Origin: Mytilus trossulus
Lineage: Eukaryota
Assembly (NCBI RefSeq): GCF_036588685.1
Contig: NC_086373.1
Location: 23,746,001 to 23,810,000, forward strand
Direction of reading: 5' to 3'
DNA: 64,000 nucleotides
Shown: positions 1-15,000 of the stretch, in pieces
Layout: each line of letters starts with the position of its first letter
Numbering within the stretch: position 1 is the stretch's first letter
The notes under the pieces: generated by a model
Seen by the model: only the letters and a program-made list of their open reading frames with translations
What the model was told of the DNA's origin: nothing
Database searches by the model: none
Translations under genes and position numbers: made by a program

Positions 1-68
1 GTAGTGTTCTGACTAGATTTCAAAGTTCCACCAGAAGATGGTTTCAATCCTAATATCCATACTAAATG
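1..68 (-). CDS. MON2: MON2 exon 17, truncated by window edge ([17 protein letters not shown]...)
   Basis: ttccag acceptor at 69-70, conserved motif. Confidence 0.92.
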
Positions 69-3000
69 CTGGAAAGAGAAAAATATTCAATTATACTAGC
101 ATACATCTTAATCAAAATGTTGATGGGTGCTTTTCTGAATACACAAATCTGTTTTCAGCAAGGTTTTAAATGCAAACAATACTTAGAGAATAAGGAAAGT
201 TTGTCTTCTTTTATTGAACTGTATAACTGCTGAGTGTTTAATGATCTGATTTTTAAAAGTATTTCTTGTCTAAATTACTTTTCAAATCTATCTAGAAAGT
301 AGAAAATTTGTAAGGGTTCCGCGGAACCCAGTGTCTCGCCTATTATTGCAGTAAATCGCAGGCTCAACAACAATGAGGAAAAACATCAATAAAAATATTC
401 CTCTTGTTACTATTTTATGATTGTAAGAAAATCTAAGTCCATTTAAAAGTAAATTACAGAAAAAACGGAGTAATCTTTTTACAAACTTTACTTCTGGATA
501 CAATCTTATGATCATAAATAAGCTTCTGTCCAAGTTTGGTACAAACCCAGGATAGTTTAAAAAAGTTATTAAAATTCTAAAAACTTTAACCACAGAGTGA
601 ATGTAATGGTTCCCCGCAGAAAAACTAAGTCCATTTAAAAGTAAAATATGGAAAAAATGGATTTATTTATTTACAAACTTTACTTCTGGATACTATCTTA
701 TGATCATAAACAAGCTTCTGTGCAAGTTTGGTACAAACCCAGGATAGTTTAAGAAAGTTATTAAAATTCTAAAAACTTTATTCACAGAGTGAATGTTTTG
801 TTTCCCCGCAGAAAAAACTAAGTCCATTTATAGTAAAATACGGAAAAAATTGAATTTTATTTTTACAAAAATTACTTCTGGATATTATCTTATGATCATA
901 AACAAGCTTCTGTCCAAGTTTGGTACAAATCCAGGATAGTTTAAGAAAGTTATTAAAATTCTAAAAACTTTAACCACAGAGTGAATGTTTTGTTTCCCCA
1001 CAGAAAAAACTTAAGTCCATTTATAGTAAAATACGGAAAAAATGGAATTTAATTTTTTTTAAATTTACTTCTAGATACTATCTTATGATCATAAACAAGC
1101 TTCAGTCAAAGTTTGGTAGAAATCCAGTATAGTTTAAGAAAGTTATTAAAATTTCAAAAACTTTAACCACAGAGTGAATATTTGTTGACGCCGCCGACGA
1201 CGACGGAATGTAGGATCGCTTAGTCTCGCTTTTTCGACTTAAGTCGAAGGCTCGACAAAAATGGATATGCTAATTAAGCAATTACTTTGATTTTATTATG
1301 TGGTGTTTTAACGCCACTATTAAGCACTGCTTTTGGGCTATTTTGTGGTAGCCAGTTTTTGTTGGTGGAGTCAACCTGAGTGAATTAAGCAATTAAAATT
1401 AAGATGTATTGCTGGAAAAATATCATAAAAAAGTAGCATAGAAAGAGTGCCATTAAGGGGGCTCCTGGGTATAAATCAACTTTTTTTTTTAATATATGAT
1501 TTTGCCATTTTTTTCATTAAATTAACTTTATCCTATACCTAACAGAAAAATAAAATAAAAATATGGGGTCACTGTTCATTTAAGCTCACAATCTGCCTCC
1601 GAAAGAAGCATACATTTTTGTTAATGTGATTTTTTTCTGTTGTACTAATATAAGGTAATATTGAAATAAAAAAATAACTTAATTACAGAAGTCCCATAAA
1701 TTTTACAATTATTTAATTTATGTACAGCTTATTTGAAAACAATAATAAAAAATATAGGTCAACGATGAGCTAAAAAAGATATTTCAAATTTATTGCCAAA
1801 AAATGGCATTTTTGCACCAAAGGGAGATAATTTGAAGCTTTTTCAATGATATAAACATTTTAAAAGTCATCTGGGGCCAAACTGATTCGGTTTTTTGGGT
1901 TGATTTTTGTACCATTTCATAAAGTAATTTCTGATAGTGCAATAAATAAAATTTGAAATGAAAAAATAAAGGTTTAATTTTTTGCTGAAAATTTTGTACC
2001 CATGAGCCAACTTAAGTTGTGATTACACACATGTGAGAAACACATTCAGCACATATAAGAACATTTAATTCAATTTTTGTAAAATCATTTAAGAGACAGA
2101 GTAATGAAACATTGGCAATTGTTTTCTACTTTACAATTTCTAATTTTCTTTACATGACTTTGTAAGTAGAAAAACAATCGAAACCAGATGCTTCGCAGGG
2201 CGTAGCTTTATACGACCGCAGAGGTTGAACCCTGAACGGTTGGGGCAAGGATGGACACAACATTCAAGCTGGATTCAGCTCTAAATTTGGATTGTGATTA
2301 AATAGTTGACACAGCATAGGTTTCTGACACAGAATGAATGTGTTCTAATGAACTTAAAATTTTTGTTTTCTCTTAGAGCAATTCACTATGCTGTTCAATA
2401 TTAATCCTCTCAAAATAATGTTTGAAGAAATTTTCTTTTTATTAATGAAATTTCAAATGAGAAAAATTGAACCCAATTTTTTAATCACATCCCCCTTTCC
2501 CTTATTCCAAAACTAATCTCAATTAAAATATTCTAATGGAGTTTGCAACAATAACTACTCATTTAAATACATCATAAAATAAACTGTAAATAAAATGTAA
2601 AAAAACTGCTTGTTATCACTGAATGGTAAAGATTATTTAAATTTATCAGTTGGTAGTAAAAAGTGAATATACATTGTATATTGTATATAACAAAGATTTA
2701 AGTTGATTCTGGACAAAGAAAGATAACTCCAATTAAAAAAAATTCTTGCAATAAGATATTTCTTGCTTACTATTTTGGACAAAGAAAGATAACTCTAATT
2801 AAAAAAAAATCTTGCTATTTCACAATATTGTGAAATTAGATATTTCTTGCCATTGCACAATACTGTGCAATTGAAAAGACTTGCTATTCCACAATACTTA
2901 ATATAATAATTTTAGATCCTGATTTGGACCAACTTGAAAACTGGGCCCATAATCAAAAATCTAAGTACATGTTTAGATTCAGCATATCAAAGAGGCCCAA

Positions 3001-6000
3001 GAATTTAATTTTTGTTAAAATCAAACTTAGTTTAATTTTGGACTCTTTGGACCTTAATGTAGGCCAATTTGAAAACGGGACCAAAAATGAAGAATCTACA
3101 TACACAGTTAGATTTGGCATATCAAAGAACCCCATTTATTCAATTTTTGATGAAATCAAAAAAGTTTAATTTTGGACCCCGATTTGGGCCAACTTGAAAA
3201 CTGGGCCAATAATAAAAAATCTAAGTTCATTTTTAGATTCAGCATATCAAAGAACCCCAAGGATTCAATTTTTGTTAAAATCAAACTAAGTTTAATTTTG
3301 GACCCTTTGGACCTTAATGTAGACCAATTTGAAAACAGGACCAAAAGTTAAGAATCTACATACACAGTTAGATTCGGCATATCAAAGAACCCCAATCATT
3401 CAATTTTGATGTCATAAACATTATGTTTAAGTTTCATTGATTTCTATTTACTTAAACTAAAGTTATTGTGCCAAAACCCAGAATAATGCTTATTTGGGTC
3501 CTTTTTTGGCCCCTAATTCCTAAACTGTTTAAACCAAAACTCCCAAAATCAATTCCAACCTTTCTTTTGTGGTCATCAACCTTGTGTCAAAATTTCATAG
3601 ATTTCTATTAACTTAAACTAAAGTTATAGTGCGAAAACCAAGAAAATGCTTATTTGGGCCCTTTTTGGCCCCTAATTCCTAAAATATTGGGACCAAAACT
3701 CCCAAAATCAATACCAACCTTCCTTTTATGGTCATAAACCTTGAGTTAAAATTTCATAGATTTCTATTCACTTTTACTAAAGTTAGAGTGCGAAAACTAA
3801 AAGTATTCGGACGACGATGACGACGCCAACGTGATAGCAATAAACGACGAAATTTTTTTCAAAATTTGCAGTCGTATAAAAATAATGGATTGCAAAAATG
3901 CTGAACTTGGCATCTACTTTTAAATGACAATACAAAAAAAGTTAAGAACTTCATTTTAGAATCTATTTTACCATCAGGAAAATGATATCAGAATTTAAAC
4001 TTCTTGTTAAAAAAAACCAAAAAACAAGGTAAGCCAAGATTGAAGAGGTGAAAGCAACAATTACAAATCATGAAGAAGTAGATGTATTGACATTTCAATA
4101 AACTGTGGTACTTTCTTTTTATTAATCTTTTTATGGTTTAACATTAATAATAACCATGGCTGAGTTCTATGAAAGTTAGGTCATATTTAAATAAATAATG
4201 ACATTGCCAATGCCCTCACAAAATACAACAATAGAATGTTACTGCTATAACATTTCTCATTAGCTGTTTTTCACATACCTGTAATGTGGTAAGTACTAAA
4301 TGCCATGCTGTACCTAGTATGCCACCATGACAGTGTGCCACTGATAGCAGTGACCTCATACACTGGATGTTTTTAGCTGTTAACTGTAAAAATAAATAAT
4401 TATATTTGAACAATATTATCTACCATATCCATAACTGGTCTACTCTGCAATTTTGATTATCTCCCCTTTAACATGTAGACTGGAATTAAATCCATTTAGC
4501 ATATTTCAATGGTTAAAAAAGACTTCATAAGTCTGTTTGCCATATTTCTTATAAAATTTGTGGTTATGAAAGCTAAATAAAATATGTTAAATTTTAAATC
4601 ATGTGTCTTCTGGCATCTATGACTTAAAAAAAGCCGGAAACAATTGGTCTAGATCTTTCTAAATAATATGGGCCAATCGTTGAGAGATGAATGTAATTTA
4701 TCAGTAATACATTCATCTTATCGAAAAGAAAATAATGTGTTTCGTCATATTTCCTTTTTTTTTTTTTACAACTACAGAATATATTTTGCTTAATTCAATA
4801 TTTTCAACTTTGCAATATAAGGGGAGATAATTCAACTAATGAAACTATAAAAAAAGAAATTTGTTAAGAATTTACCAATTTTGTTTTGTATCAAAAACAC
4901 TGTGACCCAAATATTTTTTTTATTTTTTGAAAGCAGTTTATTGAAGCAACCGTCTCATGCTTTCTCTTAAAATGCTAACAGGTGGAAAATGTGAACAGGT
5001 ATAGTGATGTCAATAGCTTACATAGTTCTAAGAGCCAGGAAAACTTGTATTGTTTTTGTTACATTAAATTTAACCGTAAGAAATTTTAAATGAGAATCAA
5101 TCTGTATTAAACATTACCATGACTGGTCCTTGATGTGCACCAACAGGCAGGGATGCAGTAGGTAGTGGAGAGCCAACAGCTACAACTTGACTCCTCTCTA
5201 TAGCCTCTGATCCTTGTGTCTGTAAATCTTGACTAGCAAATCTCATGTGACCTAAAAAAACAAAATTAATATTGATAATATATTTTTTAAGATTTCGTTC
5301 AGTGAGTACAAGCAACTGTAAGTAAGTGGCAGTAGACATTGCATGTTGAGTCAGTGCAAATCAATATGTCGTAAAAGACAAAACCACTGGGAGAACGGTC
5401 ATTTTAAAATTGCAAAGCTTTATGTAGGACAGTGTATATCTGCCCATCTGAAAAGACTAAACTATATATATACCCTTGGAGCTTAGAACAGTCAAGAGTA
5501 TAATGAGGAGGTAGGGACATTTTTAAATATGACTGTGTACCAACCTTTCTGAGAAGACTGAGCTATACTCTGTGAGTTTAGTACTGTCAGCGTGTAATGG
5601 GGAGGTAGTGAGGCTTTACATAAGGCAGTGATAAAAGCATCTCTAGGCGTTGTCATTTCAAGCTGTCCACATAAATTAGCATATGTCTTCATGGCCTTTA
5701 ATACAGCTTCTGTTGCACTTTCATCAGTACTGAAATCATAAGAATATGTTTTCTACAATACACCATTGTTCATACCTAGTAGTCTCAGGTTTTCTTGAAG
5801 ATCAATAATAATATCTTTTTTGTGAATAGTAATTAAAAATTTCTACACATTTTAATAAAAAAAGAAGTAGGATTTTCCCTTCTTAAATACATAATAACTA
5901 TGTTACTAAAGAAATAATTTTTTATATAGTTTTTTACACCTAACTTATGGGAAAATAACAAGAATATAGAATTCGATAATAATACAGTGTATTTAAAATG

Positions 6001-9000
6001 TAAGTTTGAAAATATTAAGGAAAATGGGAGTTGTATGGCTATATTTATTATACAGTGCCTACGAAAATGTCAGAATGTTAACTTATTAAAAAGTTGAAAA
6101 AGTAAGATGCACACTTCATTAAATACTTTATTCATCTATAATAAATCAATAAATATAAAAATTGCAACCCTGAATGTATAAAACTCTACATTTTTTTCTA
6201 AATGAATCAACTACAGTTGAATTCATCAATAAATATTGCAAACATTTATAACCTTCAATTGTTTGCCTTCTCTCACTTTGATCTTACTCTAAACAATATA
6301 AGTAAATCAAAATAGTCTGAATAAACTTTGATTCACTTCTCACTTATTACCATGTGACCAATATTAATTTACAGGTCAAACTTAATAAACCCTAATCTAA
6401 AAAAAACAAACATGTGAACTTTGCTTTATAAAATTACAATCTTGACCTTTACTTCATAAAGATTTGAAATCATATAATTCTTTTGAGCATTATATATGTT
6501 TAATCTTTTTTAAATGGGGTGTGATATGATAGCCAATAAGACAACTCTCCCTATAGACCAAATGACAGAAGTATAAAGCTACTACAATGTATAGAGCTCT
6601 GTAAGGCCTTCAACAATGAGTAAAATCCATACCAAATAGTCAACTTTAAAAGGCTCTGGTAAAACAGAACAACATAAGAACAAACTGTACATAACAATAA
6701 ACAAACAAAACATATGATAAACAGCAACAAACTTGAATCTATTTACCATAGGGAACTAAAAATAAAACATTACATTGCGATTAGTATTTAAAGGCATTAT
6801 TTTGAATCAGAGCCACAATAGTATATAGTTGGTTTAGTTACAGTTAAGGACAAAGGAAGATAACTTCAAATCTTTAAATAAACTTTCATAGTAGCATCAT
6901 CATGATCATTGTTGTTTTCAGAAAAGATGGAATACATGTACCATGCACAACTTATGAAATTCCCTTGACAAGTATCATCATTTTGTTACTGGAATATATA
7001 TATCAAATATATATTTTGAGAACAATTTTCTTGATTCTGTGTACAACACGTATATATAATGTGAATAAATCTCTTGATAAGTACATGGTCTGAGTACACA
7101 GTTATCTTCCCTCAATTTCGGTTGTCCACAGATACAATTCCCTTTAATTTCAGTATATTTTTTCTTAATATTTTTCCGTCTTCCCTTTAAATTATTTCCT
7201 TTTTATTTGCTTTTATGTGAATGTAAAGTCATCTAATATAATTTCTTTAAAATTTCTTTTTGAAATTTGGAGCAGAAATGAGTGATTTAGTTAAGTAAAC
7301 ATGGGTGTAATTTCCTCTTTTCAGAAACTCTCTGGCTCAACCCATACTGGTGTCATTGTATTATTTTGTGTTGCCAAGAGAAAACGAGCCAATGAAGTTT
7401 TCTATTTTTTTGTTTGTGGTTAATGCCAAACTTCATGTACACAAAATCTTGGTGGAAAAGCACAGGTGTGATTTTTTTTTATTCATCATTATGTTATAAT
7501 AGGCAGATAGGGGAAAATAACTGTGTTCTAGGACCACATAGAAAGAATGAAATAAATGTTCACCTCAATGCAATAAATGTTTTTATTGTATAGCAATATA
7601 ATATTTCCCACAGAACGTAACCAAAAGTTAGCGTGCAACAAATTCTAATATTGCACTAGTGCAATAAATCTTCAAAATTCATGACGTCATCAACGTTTAA
7701 ATCTTAGTTTAAACCAATTTTTACTTTTAAATATTATATTGCTATACAAAAAAAGGGTTATTGCATGAATATTGGGGAATATTGTCCCTCGTAGAACATA
7801 TATTGCGCTCGCAAGCTTGTGCAATATAAAATTCTACTCGGGACAATATTCCCCAATATTCATGCAATAATCCTATAATACTCTCTAAAGTAGTTAATCA
7901 AGCCAGTCACATATAAGGGTTGTAATTGCATGACTGAAATTTTTAACTAAAATTCAGGATTAGAATCCCATGTTTCCATTTTAAAAGTTAGTTGGATAAG
8001 TGACTTTTTTTCTTGCAACTTAACACTCTAATCAATATCATTGTTTACTTAAAATCGTGGTTTCAGACTCTGAACTCTGACAGAGAAGACTTTCAAAAAA
8101 GTTTATGACCAACTAGGACAGCAATTGATGGATTGAGCCTTCTGAAGTATGTGAGCCAAAACACAATTACAATGTATGAATTAATTAATAAATATACTGT
8201 GGATTCATTATTATTCCTTGGATACCAATTTTGCTGGGGTTGTGGATACAGAAGAATCACAACTTCAAATGTTCAACGAATTACAAATTATTATAGGCTT
8301 TGTATGCAGAGATAGGCATAAAATCAAATATCCACGAAGATACAAGTTTTCCTCAATCCATGAAAATTTATACCCACAAAAATAAATGAATCCACAGTAG
8401 AATAACTGCATGCATTTTTCAGTTATCTTATTTTCATTGATAACAAAAGGTTTTCTAAGTTTATGAAACGGATAATGTAAATTAAGGTTTAGGTAAATGA
8501 AAAAATAATATATCTAACATATTCTATAATATGGGATAAATAATAGTGTTTCCTATAATACTGTAACCCTCAAATCTCACCAAAAGACAATATCTAAACT
8601 TCTACAGAAATAAAACCTCTTTAATTTATAAAATCTTACATTTCCATAACAAAGCTGTTTTAAAATAGACAATTTAAATGTAACAGCTATTATATAGAAG
8701 TTTTTATACCAAAACTGTGTTATTTGTATGGTCAAAACTGATGAAAAACAACCATCTTGATCAACTGTGAAGCCTTGGCATTCATGTTAAAAATATGTTT
8801 CACTCTAAACTTGATTTTATACTTCATTGTAAAGGAATACATTTTTTACCCAAAATATTATCTTCTATATAATTAACAACATTGCCATTTTGAACCAATT
8901 ATTATACTTTTAATATAAACTATCTATCCATGACGTATAAAAGGATAGAATATTTGTTGACAGCTGTATTTCTACATGTTTCGAAGCTTTGAAAAAAATA

Positions 9001-12000
9001 ATTGTATGGTGCAAGACTATCAGTTATAAATAAGCATTTAAATTTCAAATGTTCTGGATTATAAGTATATTTCTTGGTTTCATACAATTACCTTGCATCT
9101 AAAAGCAAGGAAAAGGCTGCTAACATCCCACACCAAGAGGAATTAATCAATTCTTCTTGTAGCTTTCTCTCTTCGTCTAAAATAATAATGGTAATATTAA
9201 ATTAATTTAAATTCAGGGCATATCCTAAGCTAAATAAAATCTAATAATCCAAAGTATATCTTTTATATTTATATTTCCCCATCTGCATTCTTTACCCTTC
9301 TGGATTGAAATGAATGCAATAATGACAAACTTGAAGTGACAGATTAAAAGTTATTACACTGGTGTCATTTATATCTTAGTTTGTATAACATTTTATTGAT
9401 ATTATGAGAAATATCTGGTTAATAGCAAGTATGTAATTTTCTTATGTTGTTTCTGTATTGTTTCATTTATAAACATTGTTTTGAGGATAAAATCGGCTGT
9501 AATTAAATAGTGTCACTAGTCCTGTCAATAAATTATATTTTCCTGATTCATGCTAACTCTTTTTGTTTGTCATTAAACAATATCAATTTTTCAATATAAA
9601 TAACCAACCAGTAATTTGTTTCTTGGCTTTAGGTTTGTTCTTTCCTGGTGTAACATCTTTAGTTTCTCCCTCTATGATGAACTGTACACTTCTGTTAAGT
9701 TCTAACAGACTATAGAATGCTAGTGACATACCATATCCATCCTGTACAGCCGGTGGGTCAACTCTGTCTAACAACTCTAATCTAAAATTGTATAATTTAC
9801 AACTTCTAACTAAATATATCTGTGAAATGAAAAATAACCCTACTAGATAACAAGAATATTTGTAATTAACTTCCAAACAGAAAGGGTATACCACATATAT
9901 TTTAAAAGTGCAATTTACTTCCTCCATCATCATTACCATTATAAGGTATACTTTAACATTAATAATCAAATTTCCTGTATCTATCTTATGACCAGCTGAT
10001 TTTTACTGTCTTACAAAAACCAAAAAAAACATGAATTCTAGGACTGTGAGGACCATCAACTAGAGGCTCTAAAGAGCCTGTGTCGCTCACCTTGGTCTAT
10101 GTGCATATTAAACAAAGGACACAAATGGATTCATGACAAAATTGTATTTTGGTGATGGTGATGTGTTTGAAGTTCTTACTTTACTGAACGATTTTGCTTT
10201 TTACAATTATATCTATCATGAACTTTGCCCATTAGTAACAGAGAACTATATTTGGTAAAAATTTACATAAATTTACCAAATTAATGAAAATTGTTAAAAA
10301 TTGACTATAAAGGGCAATAACTCCTTAAGGGGTCAATTGACCATTTAGGTCATGTTGACTTATTTGTAGATCTTACTTTGCTGAACATTATTGCTGTTTA
10401 CAGTTTATCGCTATCTATAATAGTATTCAAGATAACCAAAAACTGCAAAATTTCTTTAAAAATTACCAATTGGACGGCAGCAACCCAACAACCAGTTGTC
10501 CAATTCATCTGAAAAATTCAGGGCTGATAGATATTGACTTGATTAACAATTTAACTTCTTGTCAGATTTGCTCTAGATGCTTTGGTTTCATAGTTATAAG
10601 CAAAAAACTGCATTTTACACCTATGTTCTATTTTTAGCCGTGGCGGCCATCTTGGTTGAATGGCCAGGTCATCGGACACATTTTTCAAACTAGATACCCC
10701 AAAGATGATTGTGGCCTAGTAGTTTCAGTGGAGATTATGTAAAAGATTACTTAGATTTATGAAAAATGGTTAAAGATTGACTATAAAGGGCAATAACTCC
10801 TAAAGGGGTCAACTGACCATTTTGGTCATGTTGACTTATTTGTAGATCTTACTTTGCTGAACATTATTGCTGTTTACAATTTATCTCTATCTATAATAAT
10901 ATTCAAGATAATAACCAAAAACAGCAAAATTTCCTCAAAATTACCAATTCAGGGGCAGCAACCCAACAACCGATTGACCGATTCATCTGAAAATTTCAGG
11001 GCAGATAGTTCTTGACCTGATAAACATTTTTATCCCGTCAGATTTCCTCAAAATGCTTTGGTTTTTGAGTTATAAGCCAAAAACTGCATTTTACCCCTAT
11101 GTTCTATTTTTAGCGGTGGCGGCCATCTTGGTTGGTTGACCAGGTCACGCCACACATTTTTTAAACTAGATACCCCAAAGATGATTGTGGCCAAGTTTGG
11201 ATTAATTTGGCCAAGTAGTTTCAGAGGAGAAGATTTTTGTAAAAGATAACTTTAATTTACGAAAAATGGTTAAAAATTGACTATAAAGGGCAATAACTCC
11301 TAAACGGGTCAACTGACCATTTTGGTCATGTTGACTTATTTGTAGATCTTACTTTGCTGAACATTATTGCTGTTTACTGTTTATCTCTATCTATAATAAT
11401 ATTCAAGATAATAACCAAAAACAGCAAAATTTCCTCAAAATTACCAATTCAGGGGCAGCAACCCAACAACCGATTGACCGATTCATCTGAAAACTTTAGG
11501 GCAGATAGATCTTGACCTAATAAACATTTTTATCCCATGTCAGATTTCCTCAAAATGCTTTGGTTTTTGAGTTATAAGCCAAAAACTGCATTTTACCCCT
11601 TTGTTCTATTTTTAGCCATGGCGGCCATCTTGGTTGGTTGACCAGGTCACGCCACACATTTTTTAAACTAGATACACCAAAGATGATTGTGGCCAAGTTT
11701 GGATTAATTTGGCCAAGTAGTTTCAGAGGAGAAGATTTTTGTAAAAGATTACTTTAATTAACGAAAAATGGTTAAAAATTGACTATAAAGGGCAATAACT
11801 CCTAAACGGGTCAACTGACCATTTTGGTCATGTTGACTTATTTGTAGATCTTACTTTGCTGAACATTATTGCTGTTTACAGTTTATCTCTAACTATAATA
11901 ATATTCAAGATAATAACCAAAAACAGCAAAATTTCTTCAAAATTACCAATTCAGGGGCAGCAACCCAACAACCGATTGACCGATTCATCTGAAAATTTCA

Positions 12001-15000
12001 GGGCAGATAGATCTTGACCTGATAAACATTTTTCCCCATGTCAGATTTGCTCTAAATGCTTTGATTTTTGAGTTATAAGCCAAAAACTGCATTTTACCCC
12101 TATGTTCTATTTTTAGCCGTGGCGGCCATCTTGGTTGGTTGACCGGGTCATGCCACACATTTTTTAAACTAGATACCCCAATGATGATTGTGGCCAAGTT
12201 TGGTTTGATTTGGCCCAGTAGTTTCAGAGGAGAAGATTTTTGTAAAAGTTAACGACGACGGACGACGACGGACGACGGACGCCAAGTGATGAGAAAAGCT
12301 CACTTGGCCCTTCGGGCCAGGTGAGCTAAAAACAAGACAGGTGCATTTTTTATAATATCTAAAGCCCCAGTCCCACTAGACCACAATCCAACACCCTCAC
12401 CACGATCTAAAATAAATTCAGATCGTGGTGAGGTCGCTGTATGAGCTGCATAAACATGTTAATTTTCGTTGCTTTCACAATGCTACTACGTCCTTATCAT
12501 GCTTCTACAACGATCCCGCTATGATTATACCATGTCATCACCGCGCTTGTTCTACGACTTTTTTCAAGATCTTTCTGCGCTCATCCCTTTCTCACTACGA
12601 CCATACCATGAGTTGTCCGATTGCAAAATGATCGTACCAAGCTTCTACTGTGATAAAAACATGTTCCTACCACGTTTATCTATGTTCATACTGCGATTCT
12701 ACTAAGTTCTATGCAATAACGTCAACATCCTGTTCCACATAAATATTGTTCCATTCCTTATATTCTGATTAATTCATGGATTTCTTGGAAACAACACAGT
12801 CATGCCACCAAAATCTTCCAGAACACGTGGGTGTGGTGGTAGGAGTAGATATAGAGGCAGAGGGAGCTCTAATAGAAAGGAATCCTGATCTAGCTGAGAT
12901 GTCAAACCGACCAATGCAACCAGAATCACAATCTACTGCTGGTCCATCAAGCTCAAATGATGATGTTTTAGTGAACAATAGCAGGGATGACACAGATGTG
13001 TCAAGCATGGTTGAGCCATTGGAGAAAAAGGACAAGAGGTCCAAATTACATGCACACAAACAAAACATGAAGAGCTTTTATATATGGTCTCTAACTACGA
13101 CCTGATTTTGCCACGACGGCACCACTATTGTTTTGAACATGTTCAAAGTTGGCCACGCTCATCATGATCTTGAAGATCTCACCATGACGATATTACGACT
13201 AACTGCTATCTACATGATCGCACTACGATCGTCAAAATGTGCATTTTTTTCACAGATCGTAGTGTGATCGTAGCCTAGTGGGACTGCGGTATAATCACTA
13301 ATTGACAGTGACAACTATTCACCTGCAGAACTGTTATTCCTTAAATAACTGTTTTATTTTTAAGAATTATTATCCTTAAATCAGAAATATATGGTTACTC
13401 CCTAATATAAGTAATACATTATTAAAATTTTAGATTTTGAATATTTCAAGGAAGAAGGCATTATTGAACATCTTCTTTCAATACCGTGTACTAAAACTTA
13501 TATCAAATGAAGATGTAAATCTATGTAGTTATATTTAGATAAAAAACTTACAACATAGATTTAGTCTGACCCTGAGGCACAGTTATTGCTAGAGGAATCC
13601 ACACTCCTCTGTACATGAAAGCTGCTTGTGGAGTAACACCTCCTCCAACAGGCATCCCTCCCACCAAGGCTGGAGGTGTCCCTTGTATATCAGGAGCTTT
13701 GTTTCCTTAAAATTATTAAAAGCATTCTTTCACAAGAAACTATCTTTCATTTGTAAAACTTTTTATATGTAAAACTTCACACTTTTCTTATCTAGTTTGT
13801 CAACCTTGTATATATTATCTCTCTTCAAAATTAAAATAAACTATTAGTTGTGCAAAACAATATGTTCAAGGGACTACTACATGCAATTAGATTTCAAGTT
13901 TAGTGTTTTTATTTGCACATGTATAAATGCTGTGTACAACACAAAATGTTCATTTCTGTTAAATTAATTTTAAGAATGCAAGCGCACACAAAACAATGAC
14001 GAGATAATCAACCAAATGATGGTAGTTGCTAATAGTGGTAGAAGTAGAATGATCATCTGATGTGGTTCTACATGGTTCACTTAATATCGATTTTTTTTGG
14101 TGTGATGTAAATTGACAATGACAGACATTTTCAGGTTGTTGATTTGTGGCTGATTGATGTTCTATATCACGATGTTCTGATATGCTGTTTATTAGATGGA
14201 AACAAATTAAATCAACATTAATAATGATGAACTATTTCATATTATGCTATTGACATTCTGTGATTTAAAAGATTTAATCATAAGAAAACATACCTTTATT
14301 TTCAGGTGCTTATCCATACTACCATTTATTGTATAGAGACTACTAAGGGCCAGTACAGTTTTCTTCTTTTGAGATTTGTCGCTATCATTACTAAAATCTA
14401 TTTTTTCAAAAAGATCCAATTTAACTGTTTGAAATACTATTGTTCTTGCCTTGTTCTGAAATTTAACCTTTAATACTATATAATACTCACCACTCTGAGA
14501 ACCCTGACCAGTAGATGTTGTCATAAACTGTGACTGTATATATGATCCTAAACCATTTACCATGTCACGAAATATTTTTGTGGAATGTTGTTTCATATCA
14601 TAACTCTGACAAAAACATCTTCAAAATGAAACAAAAACAAAAATTTAATCACAGTCTACAATTAATAACAGCTATAAAAAGTACTTTATGTTTAGGTTAA
14701 CCAAAAACTGACATATTATACTAAATCTAATTAAACTTCTAAATATTAAAGCTTTCATTTTAATTGATAACTACTAGGGTAGCTTTTTCATTAATAAAAG
14801 AAAATAAAAGCATGTATATCTTTTCATGAACAAACTTAAAAATTCTGCAAATGTATTTTTTTTTTTTTAACTCTCTTGATTTAATGAGTGCATTAGGAAT
14901 CCAATTCTTTGAACTTCTATAACAACTTTCTTGGGTCCTTTATAGCATACTATTAAAAATGTGGGTTCTTTTATCACACATTTACTATTGATATGCATAT

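Noticed and set aside
288-3344. Short ORFs within HINE arrays (288-593, 2924-3344) and similar track ORFs elsewhere
   Set aside because: Chance ORFs in repetitive AT-rich DNA, often with non-ATG starts and no splice or motif support
12769-13105. Overlapping 99-aa and 109-aa ORFs as a nested gene
   Set aside because: Lie inside a Harbinger-like element and are better explained as a frameshifted TE relic
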